A DNA stretch of 64,000 nt from a virus (Duplodnaviria; Heunggongvirae; Uroviricota; Caudoviricetes): IMG/VR virus record IMGVR_UViG_3300042889_001305; one strand, given 5' to 3'. Both the position numbers and the translations under genes were made by a program. The notes below the pieces were generated by a model. That model searched no databases, was not told the DNA's origin, and saw only the letters and a program-made list of their open reading frames with translations. Each line of letters opens with the position of its first letter. The first letter of the stretch is position 1. Positions 17,857 through 28,004 of the stretch are shown in pieces.

Positions 17857-18706
17857 TGGTTATTTCCTTTATTAATTCATATGATAGCATCAACGCTGAA
17901 ACCTGTTCATCCGTAATTTTTTTTCCTATCTTTTGTGTTTTTAAAACATTGATAGTTTCTTTTAATTTAATTTTTGTGATTTTATCATTAACTTCGGAAT
18001 GTAATTTGTGAAGTTCAGTTACTACTTTCTTTAATTGTGAATCGTAGTATTCACCGAATTTAGATGTATTATTAACATTATTAATAAATTCTCTTAAAAG
18101 ACCTTTTTGGTCGTCGTTTAAGTTAGTGTATTTACTATTAAATGTTTCAACTAGTATTTTATATGTCAACAATCTCAAATCCTTTTCTTGATTCTTATAT
18201 GTTTCCATTAATTTATCTTCAATCTTCTTAATAGATGTTTGGGTTGTAGATACGTGTTCTACTAATGTAATCTTAGCATCAAATACATCCTTAACATTAG
18301 TTACATCTTGTATCTTTGCTTCAAAAATCTTATGAACCGATGCTAATACTCTATAATTAGAAACAGGAGAAGCAACAAATTCTTCAATATCGAAATTTTC
18401 TTTAATAGCTTTTACTAAGTTATACTTTTCTCTTAATAATTTAGTTTCATCTAATTTAGTACGAGTTTCGATAATAGCATCAATAAATTTTTCTGCTTTA
18501 CTTTCTGAATTATATTTTTCAGTTGTAAGTAAATTGAATAAACGCAATTCCTTTGCTAATTCGGTTTTACCACCAAAAAATTCTTGTACTATTTTTTTAG
18601 CCTTCTCAACTGGAGCATTATTTAAAATCTCCAATGTGATTTGACGAGTTAAGAGTTCAAATAAAAACCCTGTATTTTTAAATTTCGAATGTTTAATTTT
18701 TTTCAT
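17837..18706 (-). CDS. conserved helical head-module protein
   Basis: 289 aa; KKIKHSKFKNTGFLFELL N-terminus; lies between the portal and protease genes. Confidence 0.6.
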   Translation of the reverse strand: MKKIKHSKFKNTGFLFELLTRQITLEILNNAPVEKAKKIVQEFFGGKTELAKELRLFNLLTTEKYNSESKAEKFIDAIIETRTKLDETKLLREKYNLVKAIKENFDIEEFVASPVSNYRVLASVHKIFEAKIQDVTNVKDVFDAKITLVEHVSTTQTSIKKIEDKLMETYKNQEKDLRLLTYKILVETFNSKYTNLNDDQKGLLREFINNVNNTSKFGEYYDSQLKKVVTELHKLHSEVNDKITKIKLKETINVLKTQKIGKKITDEQVSALMLSYELIKEITNVRKKY

Positions 18707-18774
18707 TGTATTTTAAATCCTTATTTTGATAGACTCAAATTTCTATATATAAATATAAAAAATTCTAAGTTAGA

Positions 18775-20505
18775 TTAATTTTCCGTATCATCGATAATAT
18801 TAGTTTCATCTAACATATCTTTAGTTTCGTGTAAATATTTCTTTTTTGATGAAATCCCATTGATGTAATTCATTGCTTTTGTTTCAGATGTTCTACTTCT
18901 CTTTGAAGTTCTCTCATCATCACCTAATGGGTCTCTTCCATAAGGATGTTTGTCTTTACCATAAGTATTACCTTCGCGGGGTCTACCACCTTTATCCTTC
19001 AATTCTGTTTTAAGATTTTCTAAACTTTCTTCAACATCATTTTGTTTTGGAGGGTTTGCAGGGTCATTACCATCGTTTTCTATTGAGTTATAACGGAATG
19101 TATCTTTTAAATCCTCAACCACTTTACCTCTTTGTTCAGTTTGTTCTGTTTCTGATAATTTAAATATATTTTCATATATCCAATCTTTAGATAACATCTT
19201 TAAACTTTGCATATCAGTTGCTAAACGGATTTTCTCACTCCATAAGTTTACTTTCTCTTGTTCGTAGATTGTAGATGGGTTAACTAATCCAATTTCAAAA
19301 TTAGTCATTTCAGAATCTTGAATACCATTACCATATAAGTGGATAACTGCTATTTTAGATAATTCTGAAGTAATTGTTCGTTGGATTCTTTCGATTGTTC
19401 TTGCAAAACGTACATCTTCTGCTGCTAGGGTTGCTTTACCATTTACATTTTCATCATATCCCAAATATGCTTTAGGAATTTTTAATGCTGCAAATAATTT
19501 AGCTTTTAAGTAATCAATATCTTCAATTGAAGCGTATTCTAATCCTGCTAAGTTTTCAATAGCAGTTCCACTATCACCACCTCTTACTGGTAGATAAAAA
19601 TCTTCCGTAAGGTTTTGCATATTATACTTTAAATTGTAATCACCACTTGTCTTATCTAAGAATGGAACTTTTTTCATCTTATTGATAATCTTTTGCATGT
19701 AGTTATCAACTTCCGTTGGTGGAATATTACCAATATCAATTTTGAACACTCTTTTTTCAGGTGCTCTCATAATACGATGGATTAACATAGCATCTTCCAT
19801 TAGGGATAATTGTTTCCACAACCTTCTACCATTCTCAATCATTGATTTACCATAAGGTAACCAGTTTGTATCTGATAATAAACGGAAATGTGCCATTTCA
19901 AAATTATCATACTCTACTTTACCGATTGGGTCTTCTTGTACTTTGAATTTAACAAGTGAAGTATTCTCAGGGTCATGTCCTTCTATTCTTTCAGTATTGT
20001 ATTGTGAGTGTGGAGTAACGTTTACTATACCTTTACCTTCAGCAATCTCAAGTCCTAAAAAGAAATCACCATATTTACACATATTACGTGTCCACGGCCA
20101 TAAGTTAAATTCAACATTAAGAATATCATAGAAAAGGTTTTCTAATAATTCTTGTACTCTTTGATTATCTGAACGTATTGTTAAAATATCACCAAATTCA
20201 TTTTTAAGTGTAGATTCATCAGCGTAAATATCTAATGCAGATGCTATAATTGGGTCTTGGTCCATTGCATCAAAATCTCTAAATACTTCTCTACGAACTT
20301 GAGCGTATGCCATTGATTGTGCACCACCCGCTTGTTCATAAAAAGATTTTTGTATTTTTGTGTATCTATCTTTTAGTGAAGATAGATTTGTTTGTTGTTT
20401 TTCATCCGCATCAAAAACTTTTCGTTTTCCACTAGCATCGACAGTAACTATCGCCTTTGTTGAGAAAAGTTTTTTTAACCGATTGAAAAATGTAGTATCT
20501 GCCAT
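18775..20505 (-). CDS. gp20: portal protein (T4 gp20 family)
   Basis: LMEDAMLIHRIMRAPEKRVFKIDIGN, EDFYLPVRG and ALKIPKAYL motifs. Confidence 0.97.
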   Translation of the reverse strand: MADTTFFNRLKKLFSTKAIVTVDASGKRKVFDADEKQQTNLSSLKDRYTKIQKSFYEQAGGAQSMAYAQVRREVFRDFDAMDQDPIIASALDIYADESTLKNEFGDILTIRSDNQRVQELLENLFYDILNVEFNLWPWTRNMCKYGDFFLGLEIAEGKGIVNVTPHSQYNTERIEGHDPENTSLVKFKVQEDPIGKVEYDNFEMAHFRLLSDTNWLPYGKSMIENGRRLWKQLSLMEDAMLIHRIMRAPEKRVFKIDIGNIPPTEVDNYMQKIINKMKKVPFLDKTSGDYNLKYNMQNLTEDFYLPVRGGDSGTAIENLAGLEYASIEDIDYLKAKLFAALKIPKAYLGYDENVNGKATLAAEDVRFARTIERIQRTITSELSKIAVIHLYGNGIQDSEMTNFEIGLVNPSTIYEQEKVNLWSEKIRLATDMQSLKMLSKDWIYENIFKLSETEQTEQRGKVVEDLKDTFRYNSIENDGNDPANPPKQNDVEESLENLKTELKDKGGRPREGNTYGKDKHPYGRDPLGDDERTSKRSRTSETKAMNYINGISSKKKYLHETKDMLDETNIIDDTEN

Positions 20506-20578
20506 ATTTTATTTTTTATATTAAAATTATATTATTTAATAGTGCATCTTATTATACACTATAAATATGTTGAATTTT

Positions 20579-22162
20579 TTATTTAATCAACCAAGTCAAA
20601 TCTTCGTCTTGATTACCCACTCTCATTGACCACGGATTATCATCCATTGAACTACCACCATAGAAACCAGATTCTTGTATTTGTTGTTGAATTCCACCTA
20701 ATGATTTGATAGTTAAATCAATTCCTTCCTGTCTTAATCTCAATGCGGTATCTCTAACCCATAGAGCAATCGATAACGCCATCACTAAGTCATCATTGTA
20801 TCCCCTCATTGCTTCTGCACGATTGTTGTTCCATATAAAGGTAAAAAGCTCCTCTATCAACCTATTAGAACGTATGGTGATAGATTTCTCTCTGAAGTAA
20901 TCATCCAACTTTGAAATAATTAGAGGTCTTGTCTTAGATGTGGTTGAAAATCCTGCAACCATACCTCTTTCTTCCGCCCTAAACTTATTATGCATCTGAT
21001 GTTCTACATCTACATACTTTAAATCCTTACTCATATAGAATAAGTTTTTATATCCTCTATCAATTACTTGCTGGATAACTGCCCAACCAATATTTGCGTT
21101 CTCTATTACTAAAAGTGCTTCGTTATAATCAGTTGCTAAGGAAACTAAGAAATTTCCAAAATCTTTTGTATCTAATTTTCCTTTGTATTCTGCTACTTGT
21201 ACCGAATTAACAATATCAATCACTTGTGCGGCGGAGTAATCCGTAGAATCTCCACGTGCAACGTCCGCAACAACCATATATGATTTTTGATAATCGGGAT
21301 ATTCCCATTTCCAAAGATTTCCATCAAAGCCAGTTTTTTCTAATGGTTCTTGTACAAAAGATTCTTTATAAAACATTAGAAGTTGTGGGTCTATGACACT
21401 ATCACCGGATGATACGAAATCGCAATCACATTCCTGTGCTGCACCCTTTGCTCCCAAAAGTACTTGTTGTTCATCTCTCCATTCTTGATTTCTTTCGGGG
21501 TGAACCGTCCAATGTAAACGGACTGTATTGAATCCATTAGTTCCATCCTCTGCACCAACCCAAGTCCTATGAAAGAAATTACCCACACCATTAGGAGTAG
21601 AAAGAATAATTGCATTACCACCCGTTGATAGAGTAGATTGTGCAGATATCCAAATTTCTTCAATGTTATCAATGAATGCTGCCTCATCAAATACTAATAG
21701 GGATAGTGCTTCAGAACGACCAGCATCACCTGCTGCAGAAGTTGCTTTTGCCTGTGAACCATTTGAGTATCGTAATGAAAGTTTATTATCTTCAACTGTT
21801 GTTTGTTTTAACCAACTAGGTAAATATTGATTCATTACCCTAATTTTAGTAATAAGGTTTTTAGCAACTTCTTGTTTAGTTGCAATTACCAATACGTTAA
21901 AATCTTGATTAAATAACATTTTCCACAATGCAAATCCCGCAGTTAAGGTAGATATACCAGTTTGACGAGATTTTAGAATGATGTTATATCGATGGTCTTT
22001 GAATTGTGTTAGTGTATTTTCTTGAAATGGATATAAATGAAATGGTATTTTACCGCGGACAGGGTGCTGAATCATACAATACTTTTTCATAAAGTATATA
22101 GGGTCACCAGCACATCGTTGGTATTCTAATTTTATTATATCTTTTAATGAAGCACCTGCCAT
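20579..22162 (-). CDS. gp17: terminase large subunit (T4 gp17 family)
   Basis: ILKSRQTGIST (Walker A), LLVFDEAAF (Walker B), STPNG, ADVARG and DDLVMAL nuclease motifs. Confidence 0.97.
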   Translation of the reverse strand: MAGASLKDIIKLEYQRCAGDPIYFMKKYCMIQHPVRGKIPFHLYPFQENTLTQFKDHRYNIILKSRQTGISTLTAGFALWKMLFNQDFNVLVIATKQEVAKNLITKIRVMNQYLPSWLKQTTVEDNKLSLRYSNGSQAKATSAAGDAGRSEALSLLVFDEAAFIDNIEEIWISAQSTLSTGGNAIILSTPNGVGNFFHRTWVGAEDGTNGFNTVRLHWTVHPERNQEWRDEQQVLLGAKGAAQECDCDFVSSGDSVIDPQLLMFYKESFVQEPLEKTGFDGNLWKWEYPDYQKSYMVVADVARGDSTDYSAAQVIDIVNSVQVAEYKGKLDTKDFGNFLVSLATDYNEALLVIENANIGWAVIQQVIDRGYKNLFYMSKDLKYVDVEHQMHNKFRAEERGMVAGFSTTSKTRPLIISKLDDYFREKSITIRSNRLIEELFTFIWNNNRAEAMRGYNDDLVMALSIALWVRDTALRLRQEGIDLTIKSLGGIQQQIQESGFYGGSSMDDNPWSMRVGNQDEDLTWLIK

Positions 22163-22174
22163 TATTGTTTTGTA

Positions 22175-22834
22175 TTAAACGTAATGTTCACAATTATGTT
22201 CTTTTAAAATTTCGAACGCTTTATTACGGAATTCTTCTATTTTTTGTAATTCTTCCTTACCATTTGTAATAATTTCCATTATTTCAGCACGAGTATCTTC
22301 TACTGAATTTGGTAATTCCCATTTTTCCGTAGTTCCATCCTCATTAACATATTCGTAATAAGGTTTCACATCATCATGTGCTTGTTGGAGTTCTTCTAAT
22401 TTTATTTTACCATCGATTATCATACGAGTGTATATTTTATAATCCTCGTATTGTTCCCATACTCCGGCAACTCGTACATTATGTTCTCTTTCCGCTAAAC
22501 AATTGATACAATATCCAGTTTTTTTAATAACTTTCTTATGATTACTATTAATCTTTATTGTAGTACAATCTGGGTTAGAGCATCTTTCTAATTCTGCTAT
22601 ATATTTTCTGATTTCATCAAATGCTTCAGAGTTTTTAGAAGTTTTCATTGTGAATCCTTCTTTTTTCTCATATCTATGATGTTCATCTTCCCAAACATCA
22701 CCAACCTTTCGTTCTACGTTAGCGGTTTCCCATCCAACTGTGGTGTTTTTAGCATATTCACCACCGGTCATAACCATATCCACCAACTTCCTACGAGTTG
22801 GATGCATAAACTTTTTATTAAATTCCTTTGCCAT
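22175..22834 (-). CDS. hypothetical protein with putative Zn finger
   Basis: 219 aa; CSNPDC...CINC; directly upstream of the terminase gene. Confidence 0.55.
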   Translation of the reverse strand: MAKEFNKKFMHPTRRKLVDMVMTGGEYAKNTTVGWETANVERKVGDVWEDEHHRYEKKEGFTMKTSKNSEAFDEIRKYIAELERCSNPDCTTIKINSNHKKVIKKTGYCINCLAEREHNVRVAGVWEQYEDYKIYTRMIIDGKIKLEELQQAHDDVKPYYEYVNEDGTTEKWELPNSVEDTRAEIMEIITNGKEELQKIEEFRNKAFEILKEHNCEHYV

Positions 22835-22887
22835 TATTATATATTAGGTTTTTATTTTAATATATATATAAGTATATATAAAATAAA

Positions 22888-25800
22888 TTATGCGTAAAAA
22901 ATACCCAATAATTGATTCAGAGAGGCGAATGCTCCTGTTAATTTGAATGTCTGTCCGTTATATACAAATACAATTCCTTCGATTGGTACGATTCTTTTAG
23001 CACCACCAATTGCATTTAATCTTTTAAGTTCTAATTTTAGTTTATCTATCTTCTTAGGGTCTCCACTTGCCTGAACATCCTTTATAGTTTGTTCTAAACG
23101 TTTCTTCATATCCCTTAGAGCGGAATCTGGATTAACTGTTAATACCGATGCGGTAAATTCTAATACATCTGCCCCAACTCCTAAGAAAATATCTTCAAAT
23201 TTCATTAAGTTATCTTTTGAAATACCCTTATGGTCTTCTTTATCTATCTTAGTAGCCCATGCAAGAGTTTTTTCATCCTTAATTGAATTCTTATCAATAC
23301 GAAATCCCTTTTCGTTAAACGCCCATCTCTTAACTAACCCCATTTTAGTGGCGTTATCTAATGTAGTTGGTGTTTTCTTATCTACAAAGTTCTCCCACCA
23401 TGCTTGATGGTAATCGGCAACACCTGCAGTATCTCCTAATCCAAATTCTTTTTGTAATTTAGATATCATAGTAAGATACTTACCTTTCTTAGATGATAGG
23501 TCTTGTGATTTTGGTAACTTTAATACCGGTGGCCCTTGTAGTGTATACTTTGATTGAACATCTGCGTTTACTTGTTTAAGCATTCCACCCAATACTCTAC
23601 CTGCTTCTGCCGATTCCCCTATTGCATCACCATTCTCATCGTACTCCATTGTTCCGTGAAATACTAATAATGGTTGTCCGTAAGGAATGACGTTGACTGA
23701 GGTAGGATATATCACCTCTATGTTCATAAAACACGAACCATTCTTAAATACCTTATCTTTTTGTGATTGGGATAATGATTTTATAGCATTAGATAGGTCT
23801 TTCATCGCAAAATTGTAGGCATCAGTTAATTCACCTCTACCCGCAAACTTATCTGCTACTCCGTTGATATCTAACGCCCCTGCACCTTTGTTTTTCAAAT
23901 GTGATTTGTTTCTTGCTGCTACTAATCTACCATCTATCCAACTAATTGCTAATGCTTGACCATCGGTTTTCTCTCTAGCAAATTCTAAGTTACCATCCAA
24001 TGCACGATTTACAATATCTTTAAGTTGACCAAATGTTAAATTGATTTCAGTATCAAACGGATGATTCATATGTCCATATGCACCACCTTCCATTATTAGG
24101 GATTCATTTATTGATTCCGTATTTAAAGATAATAAATCCCAATCTAATTCTTTACTATCAAAATCAATGCCATTACTATAAACATCTTTTACTATTACAC
24201 CTACTTGTTTCATTTGGTTTGCTAAATCCTTAACAACATTTGGTTTCATATTAATAAGACTTACCGAACCTGCACCATTATATTCATACCCACTTCCCTC
24301 ATATTTACGGAAACCTCTTACACTAGTACTATATGATTCTACTTTTTTTATACGATTCTTTTTAAAAATAGCATTTATTTCTTTTTTTACAATATTTCTT
24401 TCAGCTTCATTTATAGATTCAGTTGTGAATACAGGAGTAGATGATTTGAAATCAGCTTTTCTCATTACCGTCTTAGCAATCAATCTATTAGCCACTTTAA
24501 TAAATGCTATATTGATATTTGATACTCTATCTTTAACTACAAACTCTTTATATTGTTTTAGGAACTCTAAAAATTTCTTTTTGTTTCTAGCCAATCTTTT
24601 GAATAATCCTGTTAATTCTGCAGGAGATATTTCTTTACCATTTCGCGGGTCGTTTAACCTTTGAAAGAAATGGTCAGTTTCTTTTCCTAAATCAACATCA
24701 GTTGGATTCATTTGTGAATCGGCATATTTTTCAACCGCATCCATATCGGTTTTTGCCATTTCAACTTTAACTTTTTCTCTTAATACTGCACTTTGAGATG
24801 AATAAAAGTATCTATCAATTAATTTATTTTCTAATTTTTTAAATCCAATATTTTTATGACAATTATGGAATGGATTTTGTTGTTTCACCAAAAGTATTTG
24901 ATGTGTTATCTCGTGTAATATTGCCCTTTCTATATCAGTAACCTTACTCAAATCAAAAGTAATATATTCTGGTATAAATGTTTTAGTATCAAATGTAGTT
25001 GCAGCACCTGCACGACCAACTGAACCAAATTTAATTGCGATGGGTTTTATCTTTAAATCTTTACAAATTTCTTTGTAGTAATTTACAACACTTTCTTTTT
25101 TAACTTCGGTTAATGGTTCGTTAGGTATATCATCAACTTGTACCGCTATTTCCTCTAAATCATCTTGACCTGAATCTTTTACTTTAAAATTAGCTTTTTT
25201 ATTATCGTATTTTCTCGAATGTGTTCTTGCCCAATCTGCGTAATTATTAACTGTTCCATCATAGTAATAATTTTCTTTAATATCACCCTTTTCATCTTTG
25301 TTAGAATTAAATGATTCTATTGCAGAAGCCATTACTTCATTTGGTATTTTTGCACTTTCTAATTTCTTACTTATAATAGCTATGAATTTTAACATATCTG
25401 CATCTGATTCTTCCTCTCCTGCAAATAGTGCTGCTTTACCTGCACCTATTGCTATAGTTTCAACAACTATATGAGGAATAAATTCCACCATTAAGTGTTT
25501 ACCAAAAGCAGCAGCTCCATGTGCCAAACCACCACCAGCCGCACCAAATGTTGCTGCTAATGCAACTTTTTTAGCTACACTAATTAAAGCCTTTTTTTCA
25601 GAATCAGAAACTTTACCACCACTAAAAAAGTTTTTAACACCACTACCGGCTTCTTTAAACAAATGAACTTCATGTTTAGCACCATGTTTAATTGCTTCTA
25701 ATGCACCTTTAGCTTTGTCTTTAACTGCTTCTCCAAAACTTCTTCGTTCTGGTGATTCTCCCTTGTGTACTTTTTGTATGAAAAATTGTTTTTCGTCTAT

Positions 25801-27840
25801 ACTCCAATTCTTTACACCATCTTTAATTTTTTGAAGAGCCATTGGAGCATTTTTATTTATATCTACCTTTGGAGTATCTCGTGGTGTTTCTTCTTCATCA
25901 TAGTTAAATTCACCATCGTAATCTAGTATCTTTACAGGTAATTTTTTACCATATGCAGTAAATGACATTAAACGAGTATTTCCTGCTAATAAATGCAATT
26001 TACCATTCTTATCTCTTAATACTAATGGTGGAGGAACATCACTACCACCTTCAATACCTTTTTCTAATCTATCCCAATCTTTACCATATTCATCTGCAAG
26101 TTCTTTACCTCTTGCTTTCATCGAATCTTTGCCACCCTCTTCACTTGCCGAAAGAATATCACCAACATCAGTATTACTCATGTTTTGTAGTTCTTCAGAT
26201 GAGATATAAACAGGTTTAGCATCTTTCATTTTTTGAATCATTTCTGATTCATCTTTAAATGCGTTTGGTGCAACTTTCTTAGTTACATCATTTTCAAAAT
26301 ATTCACCCGTTTCACCTTTATATTCTTCATCACTATAATCTCTGATGGTGGTTACTTTTGCTCTATCATCATCTAAAATTTCCCAACCATCTTTTCCACT
26401 TGTCCAATCTTCAGCCGGTTCTTTTGTAGGTTCTTGTTTTGGTTCTTCTTTAGGTTGTTTAACACTTTTATCGTGTTTAAACATATCCGCCCCTTGTACT
26501 GCTTGACCAGTTGGTTTAGCTTCACCACCCTTATCATCTCCCCCAATAGGACTATATTTTCCACTATCATCTTTTTTAAATAGTGGTGCACCTTCTACAT
26601 CTTTTTTACTTTTTTCTTTGTATTTACCATACCCAACGTGCACGTATTTATCATCTTCGCCATCACTTTCAAATAGTGAATCTAATAAATCAGAATAATC
26701 AGATATTAATTCTGAAATAGAATCTTTTTGTTTTACTTTCTTTTTCAATCGTTTTTCCACCTTTTCAATTTTTTCAATATCTTGAGTTACATCAACATCA
26801 TCGAAACCAAATGGATATGTAGTTGGTTTATTCAAACTTCTAGCGTTGTTTTTTGATTTGATTTTAAATGTTATTTGGTTTTCATCATCTGCTGCGTAAA
26901 TTGCATCTGCTTTAGGGAAATCAGTTTGAGTATAACCACCCCTAACAAACCACTCATCACTACTATTAACACCATCATCTCCACCCAATACTCTTGCTTT
27001 ACCTTTTGGTAGGTATCCACCATCTGGTTGTGAATCTTCTCCACCAGAAACTGTTGCTGCTTCTTTAAAAATATTTTGTTTTGGTATTATTCTAAATGTA
27101 GCTACTTTTTTACCATTAATGGTTGGCATTCCATGTTCATCTTTGCCAATTGATTTAACTACTGTTTTTTTATTTTTAAATTTACCCATTAAAATAGTAT
27201 CGCCTATTTCAACATCTAATTTAATTTCTTCTTTTATAGATTCACTCAATTTATCCAATTTAAGTGTAATCAATTTAAATATTTTTTCATCAAACTTTGG
27301 ATATGCTTTTAAAAATCCTGCTTTCCTTTGTTCTTCATCGCCCTTGCTTAACCAATTTCGTACATTAGTACCGGATATTGGGTTTGATTGTGAGGGGGAA
27401 ACGTATACATAACCTTTATCTTTATATCCTTGTTCTATCTTACCTTTATATTTCTCAAAATACTTTCCACCCAATCTCATCTCATCTTTTTCACCAACAA
27501 CACTTATATAACCAGTTGTAGTTTCATCAAAGTTTTTTAAGATTTCAGTTGGTGCATAAGGATTCTTAATCTCAACTATTTTGTTTGATGGAATACCAAA
27601 CATTTTAGTCATGATTATTTTCTTTTCCTTAAAATTAAATGGAGATTGTCTATTATCGGTTTTATTAGATGTTCCAATAAACACTTTATCCTTACCAAAC
27701 TTTTTACAAAGATTTTGATAAGTTGCGTAGTGACCCTTATGAAAAGGCTGGAATCTGCCTGAATATACTACAACAAAGTTGCGTAATTCAGTTTCTTCTA
27801 ATAAAATTTGATTGACAAGATATTGACTTAGTTCATTCAT
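22888..27840 (-). CDS. 1650-aa multidomain protein: HxGH nucleotidyltransferase + ParB-like + HExxH + ligase-like nucleotidyltransferase
   Basis: YSGRFQPFHKGH; PPLVLRD...LLAGNTRL; ILHEITH; EGGAYGHMNHP...EKTDG...EGIVF...FKLTG; domains separated by ESIKE/ESINE. Confidence 0.65.
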   Translation of the reverse strand: MNELSQYLVNQILLEETELRNFVVVYSGRFQPFHKGHYATYQNLCKKFGKDKVFIGTSNKTDNRQSPFNFKEKKIIMTKMFGIPSNKIVEIKNPYAPTEILKNFDETTTGYISVVGEKDEMRLGGKYFEKYKGKIEQGYKDKGYVYVSPSQSNPISGTNVRNWLSKGDEEQRKAGFLKAYPKFDEKIFKLITLKLDKLSESIKEEIKLDVEIGDTILMGKFKNKKTVVKSIGKDEHGMPTINGKKVATFRIIPKQNIFKEAATVSGGEDSQPDGGYLPKGKARVLGGDDGVNSSDEWFVRGGYTQTDFPKADAIYAADDENQITFKIKSKNNARSLNKPTTYPFGFDDVDVTQDIEKIEKVEKRLKKKVKQKDSISELISDYSDLLDSLFESDGEDDKYVHVGYGKYKEKSKKDVEGAPLFKKDDSGKYSPIGGDDKGGEAKPTGQAVQGADMFKHDKSVKQPKEEPKQEPTKEPAEDWTSGKDGWEILDDDRAKVTTIRDYSDEEYKGETGEYFENDVTKKVAPNAFKDESEMIQKMKDAKPVYISSEELQNMSNTDVGDILSASEEGGKDSMKARGKELADEYGKDWDRLEKGIEGGSDVPPPLVLRDKNGKLHLLAGNTRLMSFTAYGKKLPVKILDYDGEFNYDEEETPRDTPKVDINKNAPMALQKIKDGVKNWSIDEKQFFIQKVHKGESPERRSFGEAVKDKAKGALEAIKHGAKHEVHLFKEAGSGVKNFFSGGKVSDSEKKALISVAKKVALAATFGAAGGGLAHGAAAFGKHLMVEFIPHIVVETIAIGAGKAALFAGEEESDADMLKFIAIISKKLESAKIPNEVMASAIESFNSNKDEKGDIKENYYYDGTVNNYADWARTHSRKYDNKKANFKVKDSGQDDLEEIAVQVDDIPNEPLTEVKKESVVNYYKEICKDLKIKPIAIKFGSVGRAGAATTFDTKTFIPEYITFDLSKVTDIERAILHEITHQILLVKQQNPFHNCHKNIGFKKLENKLIDRYFYSSQSAVLREKVKVEMAKTDMDAVEKYADSQMNPTDVDLGKETDHFFQRLNDPRNGKEISPAELTGLFKRLARNKKKFLEFLKQYKEFVVKDRVSNINIAFIKVANRLIAKTVMRKADFKSSTPVFTTESINEAERNIVKKEINAIFKKNRIKKVESYSTSVRGFRKYEGSGYEYNGAGSVSLINMKPNVVKDLANQMKQVGVIVKDVYSNGIDFDSKELDWDLLSLNTESINESLIMEGGAYGHMNHPFDTEINLTFGQLKDIVNRALDGNLEFAREKTDGQALAISWIDGRLVAARNKSHLKNKGAGALDINGVADKFAGRGELTDAYNFAMKDLSNAIKSLSQSQKDKVFKNGSCFMNIEVIYPTSVNVIPYGQPLLVFHGTMEYDENGDAIGESAEAGRVLGGMLKQVNADVQSKYTLQGPPVLKLPKSQDLSSKKGKYLTMISKLQKEFGLGDTAGVADYHQAWWENFVDKKTPTTLDNATKMGLVKRWAFNEKGFRIDKNSIKDEKTLAWATKIDKEDHKGISKDNLMKFEDIFLGVGADVLEFTASVLTVNPDSALRDMKKRLEQTIKDVQASGDPKKIDKLKLELKRLNAIGGAKRIVPIEGIVFVYNGQTFKLTGAFASLNQLLGIFYA

Positions 27841-27884
27841 TTGTGTAGTACTCTATTAGTGTATAAATATGAATGAGTTAAGAA

Positions 27885-28004
27885 TTAGTGATTTTTATAA
27901 ACGAATGGGTCTCTTTTACGGAGTTCTTCTAAACGTTTTTTATATTGTTTTTTTAATTTACGTTGTTTGAACCAATCTGTTATTTTTTTAATAAGCTTTT
28001 TCAT
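27885..28004 (-). CDS. 39-aa basic peptide missing from the ORF track (MKKLIKKITDWFKQRKLKKQYKKRLEELRKRDPFVYKNH)
   Basis: Hand-translated; the LRKRDPF(I/V)Y ending is a motif I recall from T4-like jumbo phages. Confidence 0.65.
   Translation of the reverse strand: MKKLIKKITDWFKQRKLKKQYKKRLEELRKRDPFVYKNH

Noticed and set aside
22175-22834. Terminase small subunit assignment for the 219-aa gene
   Set aside because: Its position is suggestive, but no gp16-like motif is recognisable; left as hypothetical
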